From Lama glama (lineage: Eukaryota), in the NCBI GenBank assembly GCA_028534125.1, contig CM052817.1, positions 79,238,001 through 79,302,000 on the forward strand: a stretch of 64,000 nucleotides of DNA, written 5' to 3'. The position numbers and the translations under genes were made by a program. Below are positions 40,526 to 54,662 of the stretch, piece by piece. The number at the start of each line of letters is the position of its first letter. Positions within the stretch are counted from its first letter, which is position 1. The notes under the pieces are model-generated. The model saw only the letters and a list, made by a program, of their open reading frames with translations, did no database searches and was not told where the DNA came from.

Positions 40526-40719
40526 TCTAAGTTCTAATGATTTAACTAGCAAAACCTGGTAAGAGAAGGGGGAAAATGGTGAAAGATAAAATAAACACAT
40601 TGATTTTTTTCATATTATAGAGCTGGAGGGTCAAAAGATAAAACGTGAAACTTATAAATGAAATAACATAAATATAAGTATGTGCAAAGCACCAGACAAA
40701 TAATATAATCCACTTCACT

Positions 40720-41148
40720 AGAGCCTGCCAATTCTCTTCCCTGGCTTCTTAGCTCAGCACATGGCCACTAAGAATTAAGACTGATTTCCCAGCCTCCATT
40801 GCAGATGAGTCGTTTGTGTAACTTGACAGAAGTTCCTTACAGGAAGGAGGCATCTTCCTTCCCTATCACCTTCTGATTGTATTTTGTAATGCAGAAGTAA
40901 TAGCAGAAGAGCTCCAGTAACTTTCTTGGATCATGAGATCATGTCAGAATGAAATGCAATCATGATAGAGCAGTACGATAGAAACAGCCTGGGGCCCCAA
41001 CACTGGGAGATACCACATCAATGGAATGACTGCCTCCTGAATTCTTGAAAAAAAGAGAGGAACATATTTCTGTGTTCTTCCAGCTACTTGGTGGTTGGTA
41101 TTCAGTGATTCTGTGTGATTTGCACCAAACTTAATCCTAACTAATATG
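40720..41148 (+). mobile_element. Old MLT1/LTR16-like LTR remnant
   Basis: atttcccagcctcc...; terminal cctaactaata; family uncertain. Confidence 0.5.
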
Positions 41149-41159
41149 CACACTCTGAG

Positions 41160-42420
41160 GACTACCTTAAAATGATACTGAATACACAAATGAAGATCTG
41201 AACAAATGGAAAGGTACATCATGTTCTTGAAAAGGAAGACACAACATTGTAAAAACGTCAACTCTACTTAAGTGAACACAATCACAATAAAAAATACCAA
41301 CAATATTTTGCAAACTAGACAGGCTGATGCTAAAGTTAATACAGAAAAATAAAAAAGGAAGAATAGCCAGGAAAACTATGCAAAATAAGAATCTTGAAGA
41401 AAGGACGTATGTATGTACGTGTGTCTGTGTATTTTGTTTGATTGTGTTTTAAACTGTAAGAATTTGGTTATATAGCACAGAGAAATAAATCTAGAGCCAA
41501 GAAATATACCTAAGTAGACATATTAATTAGTAACAATAAAGGTGGTATCAAATCAGTAGAAAAGATACATTCTTCAGCACAACCAGCTGTGTAATTATCT
41601 GAAGAAAAACTGGATCTCCATCCACATGTTGCATCAAAATATATTCTATATGGATCAAATATTATCATGTAAAAAGTGAAACCATGAAAATACCAAGAAA
41701 AATATGGGTAAAAATTTTCTTAAATATCCTTGTATGGGAGATGAGCTTTCAAAATAGAACACAAAATCTGAAGTCATAAAAATTTGTAAAGTTTACTACA
41801 CAAAATCTTTTAAAAGGTGGGGGAAAAACACCCATAAATATTAAGAAGATATGCAATAAACTGGGGGAAAAATTCTCAATTCACACCACAGGCAAAGGGC
41901 TGATTTTCTTAAAACAGTTTTTAATTCTTAAAAGAATTACTCCTAATTTATAACAAAGTGCCCATCAAGAAAAGTAAATATATATGGTATTAAGCATATA
42001 GAACACTAAACATAAAAAAGGGTCAAGTTCACTCATTACAAAGAATGCAGAGTAAAACTACACTGTGATATCATTTTCACCTAACAATTTGGCCAAGATA
42101 AAAACCTTTGGTAACATACTAGTGCTAAATTAAGGAGGAAATGGGCACTCTAGTACATTTATCGTAAGATTATAAATTGGTACAAGCTCCATCAAAATCA
42201 GTTTGATGATAGTTGAAAAATTAAAATGCACATATACTTTAACCAGACAATTCTATAGATTTGCACATTTCAAATGTCATGTATACAAGGTTACTTACTG
42301 AAGTATTACTTGTAATAGCTAAATATTGGCAATATCCTCTATTGCCATCAATAGAAGGCTGATAGATTAAATACAACCATATAATGGAATATAATGTAAC
42401 CATTAAAAAAGTAAGGCTTT
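41160..42420 (+). mobile_element. Old L1M ORF2 3' fragment
   Basis: gaagatctgaacaaatggaaaggtacatcatgttcttg...gaatagccagg...ggcaaagggctgat; heavily mutated. Confidence 0.75.
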
Positions 42421-43097
42421 GACAATTGCTAAGCAATTTTGCAGAATGTGCTGCTTCCAAGAAAACTGCATGAAGAGGACTATGCCAATTGATATTACCA
42501 TACATTATAAATTCCTCGATCCTCATTTTTGTGATCCTGTACTACGTCAGAAATCTAAAGATTTGGTAGTCAAAATGAACAACCAGATGGGAAGGACTAT
42601 ACCCTCTTTTGAGTTGGAAAATAGTGTTGAAATGTCACATCCAACATCAAAATGCAACAGATATTTGAAAGTAGTACTGATGCAAAAGTAAAGCCTAGGA
42701 TTTCACTTGGAAAATAGACTAACTGGAGAAATAAATGTACCAGCTTTTTACACTGTGAGACCACTATTTTCCTAATGTACCAAATCTCCCAGTGCTTTCT
42801 GCTCAAGGTATGTGAAAGTGTTCTTTGGAAATTGTGGCAACACTTTGCTTTCAATATCACAAAGCACTCTTCTTCCGCAACCAAAAAAAAAAAAAAAAAA
42901 AAAAAAAGAGCGAGCGAGAACTTGGACTCTGATTTCTAAAGTGCCCTCCACCTAACATACTATTTTCTCTGTTCTATTCTGTCCTCATAGCACATCTGAA
43001 GAATATAATTCTACTCACTATTCACACACACACACACAAACACAGAGACATATGTGGAACTACACACAGATAAGAGATATGTCTAATGAATGCTTAC

Positions 43098-43181
43098 CTG
43101 ATAACGTGTTGGCTGATTGAGAATGCTGTTAAAACTGTGTGATTCAAAAACTCTTGAGTTAGACTGAGTGAAGAGGTTTAA
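43098..43181 (-). CDS. TRPC3: TRPC3 exon 10 (84 nt, frame-preserving cassette in the CIRB region)
   Basis: Encodes LNLFTQSNSRVFESHSFNSILNQPTRYQ; ttttcctag/gtaagc; not in the ORF track, read by hand. Confidence 0.95.
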
Positions 43182-44949
43182 CTAGGAAAAAATACAATTA
43201 ACCTAGTAAATTAGAATACATTTATATGGAAAGCATAACTATAATCTACTTTATTCTCCTCGACAACATTTGTGGAGTCAACATTCCTAAGGAACATTCC
43301 GTGGACGCTGAGTTTTACAAGTGACCTCGTATATTTCCAAAGGTAAAAGTTAATGTGGGCAACCTGCTGACGTTTATCAAAATGTTGGCAAGATGAACTG
43401 TCACAGAACTGTTTAACTGAAAACACATTTTTAAAAGTTGGCTCGGGTTAAACATAATTGCTCCTGGGGGTCCTTGCATACTTTATCAAAATGTATTCAC
43501 AGCACCTAGAAGAAGTTGTGCAGAAGCAACTCTGTCTACTCCTGCGCCTGTGTTCCTCACCTACACTTGAACAGAAACGCATTACAAGTTCCGATGGTAG
43601 CATTTGGCTTTTTGTAACCCCAAAATATGAGCCAAAGTGACGCATATTCCTAAGCATCTCGGCCTTATACTCTGACAGGCTCACTGCTCTGGAGAGAGCT
43701 GGGCTAGAGAATTCTGGTTTTCTTTTTCTTTCTCTTTTTCTTTTTAAGGTTTAACTTTTGAGTGAGTAGGAACAGAAAGCAAGAGACCATCGTTCCTGTC
43801 TACCCTTCCCGTTTGTGAGCAGGGCCTGCTTCTTATTTGTAGGTAAGCTGCTACCTGGAAGGTGTGATTAAGGCAGGGCCCTTTATCCAAAAACATGCAT
43901 TCACCCCACTACCTGCCTTCCCACCACAAGGAAGGGGAGGGATGCTAGGGAGGGAGGAAGTGGCACTGCTAGGCAATGATCCTCCTGATTTTGTCCTCTT
44001 AATCATGGCAGGAGACAATCTTGACTGACAAAGCCAGTTCTCCTGTTTGCCACGGGAGGTCAGCATCTGACTGTTGACTGAGGTTAGCTGTATACGTTTG
44101 ATTTCATGAGGCTCCTTCCTGACTTCTAAAAAGGAAAAACAGAAACATAATTTCTCCAAAGTTTTACTAAATTCAGTACACAGAGAATATCTTTGACTAT
44201 AAGATTAAAGCAATAATAACAGCTCCGTGCACAATTTAAAAAATAAAATCAAAATGACAGGTTTTAACCGGAGATGGGGAGACATGGAAGCCAAGGAGCA
44301 GGGCTTCTGAAAGATCAGTGCTCAAACTTCCTTCTGTTTTCGGCAAGCTCTCTGAGGAAAGCGCTTCTTCCTGCCAGTGGTACGAGGCGGGCAGGGACAG
44401 GAGAGGGCTCCCTAACGGAGCACATCGGCGGCTCCCCTCACATCCTTGTGGGCAAGCTTTTTTTAAACAGGGGTCTAGGTAGCCGCATCTACCTAGCGTC
44501 TACTGTGCTCTTCTTAACGGGATAGAGTTTCCCCTCCTACACTACGACAAGATCAGGAATGAGGTCAGAAGTCAGTGAAATCAGTTGCCTCCAGAGAGAA
44601 AACTTTTAAGGTGTGAAATGCAGAAGCAGTGAATTCCCATGCTTGAACAGCTTCCTCTTTAAATAATAAAGCCTTAGAGAATGAGTCAATCCTCAGAGAA
44701 ACAAGGCACCTTCAAAACCAAGTGCATCCCGGCAGCAGCAGGAGTTGCCAGGGCTGGCAGTTAGAGCCCAACCTCTTTAAGAGACCCACGAAGATGAAAC
44801 TGAAGGTACAGCGCAGCCGGTGGGGAGGAGGTGGGGCAGCAACCAAGCCAGAGCTGCACTGCCTGAGCAGGAGGCAGCCAGGTGCAGCAGGAAGAGCTGG
44901 GCATCTGATGCTGGAAAAGGCAAATTCCACACCTACCCCATGCTGGCCA

Positions 44950-45095
44950 GCTCCTGTGACCTTGCCTAAGTGAGTTATTTTTAATAGCTTCAGATGTCTT
45001 AATCTATGAAATGGAATAATAGTAATACCTACCTCACAGTGTTGCATGAGGTTCACATGTACAGCAAAGCACTCTGTAAACTGTGAATGAGGAAG
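44950..45095 (+). mobile_element. MIR SINE
   Basis: tgtgaccttg...tgaaatggaataatagtaatacctacctcacagtgttgcatgagg. Further MIR fragments at about 27040, 35330, 50030-50290, 53100 and 54215-54345. Confidence 0.7.
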
Positions 45096-46250
45096 GGCAC
45101 TGATACTTGTTGAGGCTGGAATTTTGCACATCTCATACCATCCTCACAAGAACCCTACGAAGTTTTCTCTCTTTCATGGATAAAGTGATTTATCCATGTC
45201 ACTTTCTACTAAGCCTTAAGCCAGAATTTAAATGCAGGTCTAATGGCAACTCTCTTCCTTCCATTACTGCTTCTTGCTTGCTGTATACAGTGAAGTATTA
45301 TTTGAAATCATGGGATGTCACAGCCAGTCACTGTCTTGCAACCTAATAGCCTGAAGAGTCCACATCCAGGTCAAAGAAGGTTTAAAAGGCCACCTTCTTA
45401 AAGGTGCCAAGGTATTACAAATCTCGGAAATGCACGTCTCCTTTAAAAAGTGAGAAAATAAATTGCATTAATTTAGTTTTTTCCCCCAAGCTTCAAATGA
45501 GAAAAAAAATGCACTTTATGGAGGTAAAATCACTATCTTGTGGGCTCCCAGGCTATTACAGCTACAGACCATTTTCACAACCTTAGGCAAAAATTATATT
45601 TTAACCCACACATTTGCTCCTATCTGCCTCACTCCCTATTATTTGAGGTTCTGTCTGTATCCTTCTGTCTCCTATGCCAATTCTATCTCTGAAAATTAAG
45701 TTCATAATAATAAAGTGCTAGCCTGAAACTCATCTTTGTTAAAATCTAGGCATGACTCAACCAGGACAACTCAAGAACAAACCATTCTGGGTTATTTACA
45801 AAAGGGGGTATTTATAGTTAATATTTGAGGATGCTCTTAAGCCTGTATCAATGTTATGATATTAGAGCAAAACAGATTATTTAGCCCAGAAAAGAGTTTC
45901 TACAAATGAGAAGAATAAAGTGGTAGTGAACTACACATACAACCAAGAGGAAAATGTGAGGTTAGGACTATTTAACTTTGGAATAACAGTTGAGAAGCAT
46001 GGAACACACACAGAAAAAACAAAGTGTTTTCTAACAATAACTTTTCTGTTTACTTTTAACAAGTTAGAGAAGTTTCTTGTTAGTGTGTTTTTAATTTGGT
46101 AGTTTACATGAGATTCTGACCAAAAGCAAGGCATAGACTAAGTGACTTCACTATGAATACATTAAGTATTAGTCTATGAAAGACTATGGAATGGACAGTT
46201 ACTTTCAACATCTTCTAAGTTCACATATAAAAATTATTGAACAAACATCA

Positions 46251-46559
<309 letters not shown>

Positions 46560-47442
46560 TTAAAACTAAATATTCTAGTAATGGATTCCAGTAGGGTCTT
46601 ACAATGAACCTTAATTATGCTTTTGAAATAGAAAAGCAGCATATATACATTTATCTGCATATAATCTCTATTGGCCTACATAGTAGTCTCAGTATCACTT
46701 TTATGATACTCATTTAAAAATTTTCTTTTCCATATGCTTCTGTCTATACCCACTCAAATTTAATCAGAATTTCCTGTCACCTGTCCAAAAATGAAGCAAA
46801 AACACAAGAAAAATTCAGGTCAAGGAAAGATGAAAAGATTAATTCCTCCCTCCTTCCTTCCCCCTCCTCTAACGTGGCATATTCAACAATAGTTCTAGCC
46901 AGCCTCCCTCCTCATCTAGACCCACCTGAGCCAGGTTGTGGATACAGTACGTTATACTCCAAGGGCAAACGAAAAAGAGCAGCATTCAGATGAGCTGCAC
47001 TTTGCTGCTTACTGTGTCTGCCACATGTCACATAAGGCTCTCAGTGGCCTATTCCTGCCTAGTATCTGCTTTTATCCTCAGTGCTGCCCCCTGGTGCTGG
47101 GCATAACCATTCTAGCTGGCAGGAAGGATGGAGAAGAAATGAAGAGGAGCCTGTCCACAGGTGGAAGAAGTTGGCTCAGTCACTTCACACCACCAGGCTG
47201 CCATTACCACACTCAAGCAGGTGTTCAGAGAGAGTACAATTTTCTTGTCTGGGACCTAACTTTGCTTTGGGAACACAGTCTTACGTGTTTCTAAAACACA
47301 GACAGAAACTCAGTGGACTCAACAAACATCAAAGCACTAAAAATAACACTAAACCAGAGGATGTAAGGAAAAAAAAAACTTATATATGATGATGAAGAAA
47401 GGTACCATACCAAGTCCAATCTAAAGAAAAAAGTAAAGTGAC

Positions 47443-47604
47443 TTTAATTTTTTTTTGGCAGGGGGAAGGAGGTAATTAGGTTTGCTTGTTTGTTTGTTTG
47501 TTTAATCTATTTATTTATAGTTTTTTTAATGGAGGCACTGAGGATTGAACCCAGGACCTCATGCATGCTAAGCATGCACTCTGCCACCGAGCTCTACCCT
47601 CCCC
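47443..47604 (-). mobile_element. Vic-1-type tRNA-Ala SINE
   Basis: Reverse complement reads ggggagggtagagctcggtggcagagtgcatgcttagcatgcatgaggtcctgggttcaatcctcagtgcctcca plus tail. Confidence 0.9.
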
Positions 47605-47977
47605 AGTGCCATTTCTAGAATACTAAACATTCTCACTGGATAAAGAACATCATCGATGTTTGCCAGACATCTGGTGATTCCTCTACCAGGCTGGCTGGCT
47701 AACCTAGGAGAGAATAATTTCCCTACATCCAATGCTGCTTCTAGCCACTAATTGCAAAACTTCAGCAATATACTCTGAGAGAATCCAGACTGATGGTAAA
47801 TTTCTGGGGATTCCTGCTGTGCTCCTAGAAGATACTGGAAGGTGTATTACTATCTATTCAGATGGAAAACACAGAGAAAGGTCCAGGTCCTGCTTGGGTA
47901 TAAGAGACTTTGTTTGCGTGAGCTGGAGCTCCACACAGGGCACAAAAGCAGGTGTGCTATTAGAACAAGAACGGAGT

Positions 47978-48173
47978 GGGGGTAAGGTATAGCTCAGTGG
48001 TAGAGTACTTGCTTAGCATGCATGAGATCCTGGGTTCAATCCCCAGTACCTCCATTAAATAAATAGATAAATAAATAAATAAATAAATAAATAATAAATA
48101 AATAAATAAATAAATAAATAAAATTACCCCCACCCCCCCAAATCGCACATGTTAACTTAAAGAAAATAAATAA
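47978..48173 (+). mobile_element. Vic-1-type tRNA-Ala SINE with long (TAAA)n tail, about 50 nt from the exon 8 donor
   Basis: Intact A and B boxes, AGC anticodon loop; flanking agaacaaga repeat as likely TSD. Confidence 0.92.
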
Positions 48174-48221
48174 AAGAACAAGACAGCAAAGACAGACACC
48201 ATGGATAGAAAGCAGGTTTAC

Positions 48222-48417
48222 CTCGATTTCTTGATATGAGCTATTAATCATAGCAATGAGCATGTTGAGTAAAACGACCACCATAGTTACATTGTATATT
48301 CCGTAAAGAACGTATCCGATATTCTCTATGAATTTGTGGTCATATTTGAGCACAACGGAAGTCACTTCAGACAACCCAAATATTGACCAAAACAGAGTCT
48401 TGAAACTTTCTTCTACA
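48222..48417 (-). CDS. TRPC3: TRPC3 exon 8 (196 nt), pore helix and S6
   Basis: Encodes [68 protein letters not shown] pore motif; caacag/gtaaac. Confidence 0.97.
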
Positions 48418-51145
48418 CTGTTGAAAGAATAAAGTTCACAGTAAATTAACAGTTTTCAGTATTGAAAAGTCAAAAGTAAAAAGCAAGGTAGGGTCTGCAT
48501 ACTGCACAGATGTAAAATGCCGTCATAAAAATCATCATAATACCCAAAATATAATTATTTAATTATAGTATTTAATAGAAATTATTCTCTCAGGTTTTTA
48601 GGAACCAGTGATTAAGGGGTGCTGATGCCTAGTTTTTCTGTCAGTTATCATCAAGTGAAAATTCTCTGAACTTGACAGGGGAAAGCTGAAGTCATGCCAC
48701 GATATCCATTTCTTTCTCCTAGAAGGGTGGAAGTTTGGGGTTTGATTTTGTAGGTGTTTCAGAAATTTAAATCAGGTTTTTGGGAGTAGAGCATGTCGGG
48801 ATTAAAATTATACATTCACTTCAAGAAAAGTAGGTACAAACATATTCCTTGCAGCATGGAAGTAGGGAAGAATGAAAACTACCAAAATATCCATCAATAG
48901 AAGAGTGAATAAATAATTCTGCTACATCTATAAATGGATTGCTCTGCAGCCGGCTACTGGGGGAAAAATGAGATAGATCTCGTTTCATCTGTTTATATAA
49001 AATAATATCCAAGATATATTAAGGGGAAAAAAATAAGATGTAGCAAGTGTGAAATAGCCTACAATTTGAATAAAAAAGAGGAGTACACAAAGACTTATAT
49101 TCTTGTTGATGCAAAAAATATCCCTGAAAGTATCCCAAAGAAACCATTGCCTCTGGAACCAAGGAGAACTAAGAGACTGGGGTCCCAGGGTGACCAAGGG
49201 GACAGGCTTTTCACTATAGATACCACTCTACATGAATTTTATGCCACAGGTAACTTTTAGGTTACTTACTTACCTAGAAGTTATACTTAAGTGGAATTGA
49301 AGTCAACAGAATTAAAGGTTCCTATTCTATTCCCTTAATTTATATAATCGACTTCCTGATTCTTCCATCTGGTGGAACACCAGTTAGCACTTAGGCCCTC
49401 ACCAGACTAATTAGCTACTTTTATCCCTTAAATGAACTGTATCAACTGAATTTGGCTGGTATTTGTCATACAACCAAGTGGTAATCACTGATCTGTGAAC
49501 CATAAGAATAATCTTTAAGTTAATTACACATGGAGAATTCCATTACAAAGGAGGGTTCAAAAGTAAGCCCTTTTTCTCAAAGAAAAATTTATGAAACAGT
49601 ACTTTTATTGATTTGTTATAACAGATTCTAAATAATAATTCTATAGATTTATAGGTTTTAAGACTATTTTATTAATTTATTCATTCAACAAATATTAATG
49701 GAGTACCTATCATGTTCTAGAAACTGGGAGAGCCCTGGGGATGGAGGACTGACTAGGAAGGTTCCTATTGCTGTTCCTGTTCCTGTGGAGCTCCTCTCTG
49801 TTACGACACATTTGATGGTGTGGCTATAGCATGGATGCTAAAAGAAGACTAAGAAAAATTGTAGCCTCTTTGCTCCTGCCATTCATTTAACAGTATCACA
49901 AAATTCTCCCACTCTTTCTTCTTGCTCTTTTGCAAACCTTCCTGCCTCTGACTTTGGGAATATAGACTCCTGAGCAATCTGTATGTGTGGGGAGACTGGG
50001 ATTGTTAAAAAGGAGAGGACACTGGCTGTTCCTGAGCTCCCACTGTGGGCAACAGGCTTTATATAAATTACCTTACATAATTCTCACAAGGACCAGATCC
50101 AAACCTTATTGTGCTTATTTTATCTTTGTTTTGTTTTGTTTCATTGCACTTATTTTAAAAACAAAGAAACTAATGCTGAGAAATGTTAAGTAACTTAACT
50201 GAAGACCACAGCCGGAAAATGGCAGATACTGCATTCACATCCAGGTCTGCCTGACTTTCCAGCCCCTGTTCCTTTCCCCTGCATCACGTTGCCATGTCCT
50301 CATACAAAGCAGCGAGGACAACATAGAGTATAAAATGAGTTCTCACAGAGGTCAAAGGGGTGCTATTGCGTGCAGGGTTTCTCAGTGCCTTCCCCATTGG
50401 GTTCAAACAGAATTGTTTTTCATTACAATAAAGTAAGTCTCAGTTCTCTTTCACCTCTACAATCTGCTCTGTATTAACTATTTGAAAAAAATTCATTTCA
50501 AGACAATTTAGATGCCTGGCAGGGCTTGATATTCTATTTCAGTCTATACGGAACTAATAGACAGTCTAGTTTGTTGCCAGCTGTGGCTTTCCAGGGTATA
50601 GATGGTACAGAGGGAGGTAGGGGCCCTTCTGATCCCCTCACCTGGTGGGGGACTACAGTACAGACCAGCCTGCCTCCCCACCACTAAACAGCAATGGGTG
50701 AGAGAGAGTCTCCATCTGAATGTATCCATGCTGACAAAACTCAAAGGGACGACGACTAAGGAAGTTTAATCAAGAAAGACTTCATGGGGAAGGTGAGTCC
50801 CCAGGCAGACACCAGGATGACCAAAGGAAGGAAGTGGTATTACTGTTATAGTGGACTGACAACATTTAACTATAACTTCTTCTTCCTCAATTCCCTGTAC
50901 TGACTGATGATACATTAAAACAAAAGTCGATGCTTCTTTTTTGAAATAATAGTAATGGCTACAAAATGATGAAACTAAATTTAATGTCACACATAATGCC
51001 ATCCAGTCTTACAAATTTGTTACCCAATTGTCTTAAAATAGACAGTTTTGTCTAGGATTTTATGAAATTTTGATCCATTATGTGGTCGAGCATTCACTTA
51101 ACAAGATGAACCTCTGGAGCAGTGTAATCACAGACAAGCACTAAC

Positions 51146-51875
51146 TTTTTTTTTTTAAGGTTTTCTTCATTTCTTTACTTTTTTTTGAGGTATAGTTGAT
51201 GTACACTACTATGTAAGTTTCAGGTGTACAACATGAGGTTATATTCCATTTACAGTTATTCTAAAATATTGGCATATTCCCTGTGTTGTATAATATCTCC
51301 TTGTAGCTCATTTATTTTATACATAGTAGTTGGTACCTCTTTCCCCTAACTCTATCTTTCTCCTCCCCACTTCCTCCCAGTCTGGTGACCCTAGTTCTCT
51401 ATATCTGTAAGTCTGCTTCTTTTTTGCTATACTCATTGGTTTGCTTGTATTTCTTAGATTTCACATATAAGTGATATACAGTATTTGTCTTTCTCTGCCT
51501 GAATTACTTCACTTAGTATGATAATGTCTAGATCCATCCATGTTGCTGCAAATGGCAACATTTTTTTTTAAAGCTGAGTAGTAAACCATTGGATACATAT
51601 ACCACATCTTCTTTATCCATTCATCTGTTGATGGACACTTAGGTTGCTTCCATATCTTGGCAATTGTAAACAGTACTGCTATGAACATTGGGGTGCATGT
51701 ATCTTTGTGAACTATTTTTGTTTTTTTCAGATATATATACCCAGGAGTGGCATTGCTGGGTCATAAGGTAGTTCTGTCTTTAGTTTTTTGAGAAACCTCC
51801 ATACCAATTTACATTCCCACTAGCAGTGTAGGAGGGTTCCCTTTTCTCCACATCCTCACCAACACCGGTTATTTG
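51146..51875 (-). mobile_element. 5'-truncated LINE-1 3' end
   Basis: Poly-T, then tccattcatctgttgatggacacttaggttgcttccatatcttggcaattgtaaa...; TSD-like aagcact(aa/g)ctttt flanks. Confidence 0.9.
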
Positions 51876-52008
51876 AAGCACTGCTTTTAATGGATTTTTT
51901 CTGCTCTTAAAGATATCTTTATTACCATCATTGAATAATTTTTTTTGCTTCACCTAAACTTGTTAGAATTTCCCTTTATCATATCTTTTTTGTAAGATGT
52001 TTTACTTA

Positions 52009-52311
<303 letters not shown>

Positions 52312-54416
52312 CTATTCATTGCTAACTATGCCAAATCCCTTAAATAGGATCTATCTTGTAGGTAGGTGGTTATTATCTCAGTTGAAACTACTCTACATTT
52401 AATTAACTGTCCAGTCACTATTTTTCATGTTAAACCAGAAACATGAATTCTACACTCATACGGTTTCTTTTAATGGAGGAAACGCTATTATAAAGATGTG
52501 AAGCTGACTTTGCATTGAGCAGAAACAGAATAAAGCACAAAAGATGAAAAAGAGGTTAAAATGCTTCATTAGACACAGACTGTGTCCAGGATGACAAAAC
52601 AACTGACTTGACTCATTTGTCCCCTCGGTTACCAAGTTTATTGACCAGGTGTTTTATCATCCTACAGGCTCATTTAGCACAAAACTTCTTTTCCATATTT
52701 CGCGGGGAAACTTGTCCATCTAACAGTTCATGCAAGTAAACTGCCATATTACAAGAAGTGAGAATGTCACTGAATCAGTGGTGCTGTCAATGCAATGTCT
52801 GAGCAATATAGCTGGTTCCTGGAAGGTTTAAAATGCTACTGAGGTACAAAATTCTTGGAGACAGATTCCAAATGAGGACCCCAAAATATCCTTTTCAAGG
52901 TCACTTGGTCAGTTCACAGTAGACTATTGGATACTCACTTCCTTGGAAGATCAATGGAACACCACATGGTTAATTTTGTGCAAACTAGGTCACTCCCAGA
53001 AGGACGGATGCATTGTAGACATTTACAACAATAACAAAAATGTACATTTATTGAATGTTGAACATGTATCAGACACTGTGCTTTCAATGACCCTATGGAC
53101 CCGAGGTTATTCTTCTCTTTTCAGAGATGCAGAAATCAAGACTTAAAAAGGTTAAAAAGTTGATCAAAATCATAACAAGGAGTGAAGGCCAAATTCACAG
53201 ATTTCCCTCCAGATGATAGTCATTAGACACACATGAGAAAATTTAAATAAACAGCTATTGAAACAGTCAAGATGCGTGTTACACAAAAATACAATCTAAT
53301 CTAATTCCTTCATTAGAAATGGTAATCATTTACTCATTTGATCTGGCCTGCTTGGTATATAAAAATCTTTGCTTGCTGACAATAAGAGATAATGTGTGTA
53401 AATTTCACAATGTATGAAGTGCATATCTTTATTTTATCTATTTATTTGTTTGTTTGTTTATAACTCCTTTCTTGTGGTATGGTTCCTGTACAGTAAACTA
53501 TACATATTTTAGATAAATGTACATCTTCATTTTAGAGCAGGCACCCAACCTTATTCAATAACGTTAACATGCTGCTTGTACTTATCCCAATGTAAGCCTT
53601 AATTACACTTACAAAGAGTTATTCTTCACAATCATAACACATTTAAACTCTATGTCTGAGTTTCCTTACCTTTAAAATGAAGGTTAGATAATAAGTGCTA
53701 AAGTCTTTTCCAGGTTTAAAGATGTTGCAACTATATGAAAATTTGCTAACTGCAGCTCCCTAATTTGGCCTCAAGGGGTGGCTAACATTGCTTAACATCA
53801 GTTTGTGCCGAGCAAGGAAAGTATCTGTATCACTGCACACTGGACATCACTGGTGTCTCCCTGCTTTTCATGATCTAGGGAAGTTCAGCATGAACTCCAT
53901 TCCACGTCATGTTGAGGAGGAGTAAACATCCTCCCCAGCATTTCTGGCCATTCTGCAAAGTTTACATTCTCACTGTCACTTTAGCTCCTACTTCCTGCCT
54001 CTGCTGAATTTTTGTTCACTGCACTGGTATAGCAGCTCAGCATCTTTTATTATTTTATCTCCTCCAACTCAGGCCCTCAGGGACTTATCTTCCACATTAA
54101 GCAGTTTATCAAGCCATCTTCCCCCCTAATTAAGACAATTTCATGTCCTAAGAATACATGAGCAATTATGCTGTTAGGCTTAAAGGTAATTTTCTCCCAT
54201 CTTGCAAAAACCTTCTTTTTATAGATATGAAAATTGAGGCACAGAGAAGTAAGTTAATTTGAACAAAGTCACACAGCAAGGGAGAGGCAGTGCCTTAATA
54301 TGAATACAGTTTTATAGAGCTCTAAAGCTTATGCTTTCTCCACTGTTTCTACACATTCAACACATATCTCATACTAAACATACTTGCATAGTTTTTTAAA
54401 TGGTCCTTTCCTTGTG

Positions 54417-54573
54417 TTATTTTTATTTATTTATTTTTTGTTTGTTTGTGGGGTTTATTTGGGGGGGAGTAGATAATTGAGTTTATTTATTTTTAGTGGA
54501 GGTACTGGGGATTGAACCGAGGACCTTGTGTGTGTTAAGCACGCACTATACCACTGAGCTATATATGCCCCCC
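54417..54573 (-). mobile_element. Vic-1-type tRNA-Ala SINE
   Basis: ggaggtactggggattgaaccgaggacc...ccactgagctata; (ttta)n tail. Confidence 0.9.
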
Positions 54574-54662
54574 TAAACATTCTCTTTATTGGCATTTCCT
54601 TCCAAAATGTAGTTCCAATACCCTTCCTGAGACATAAGAAAATTATGCATCTGACAACTTAC

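Noticed and set aside
47978..48054. Apparent tRNA-Ala(AGC) genes here and at the other SINE heads
   Set aside because: Each has an A-rich tail, most have a TSD, and the stems I checked have mismatches; they are SINE heads.
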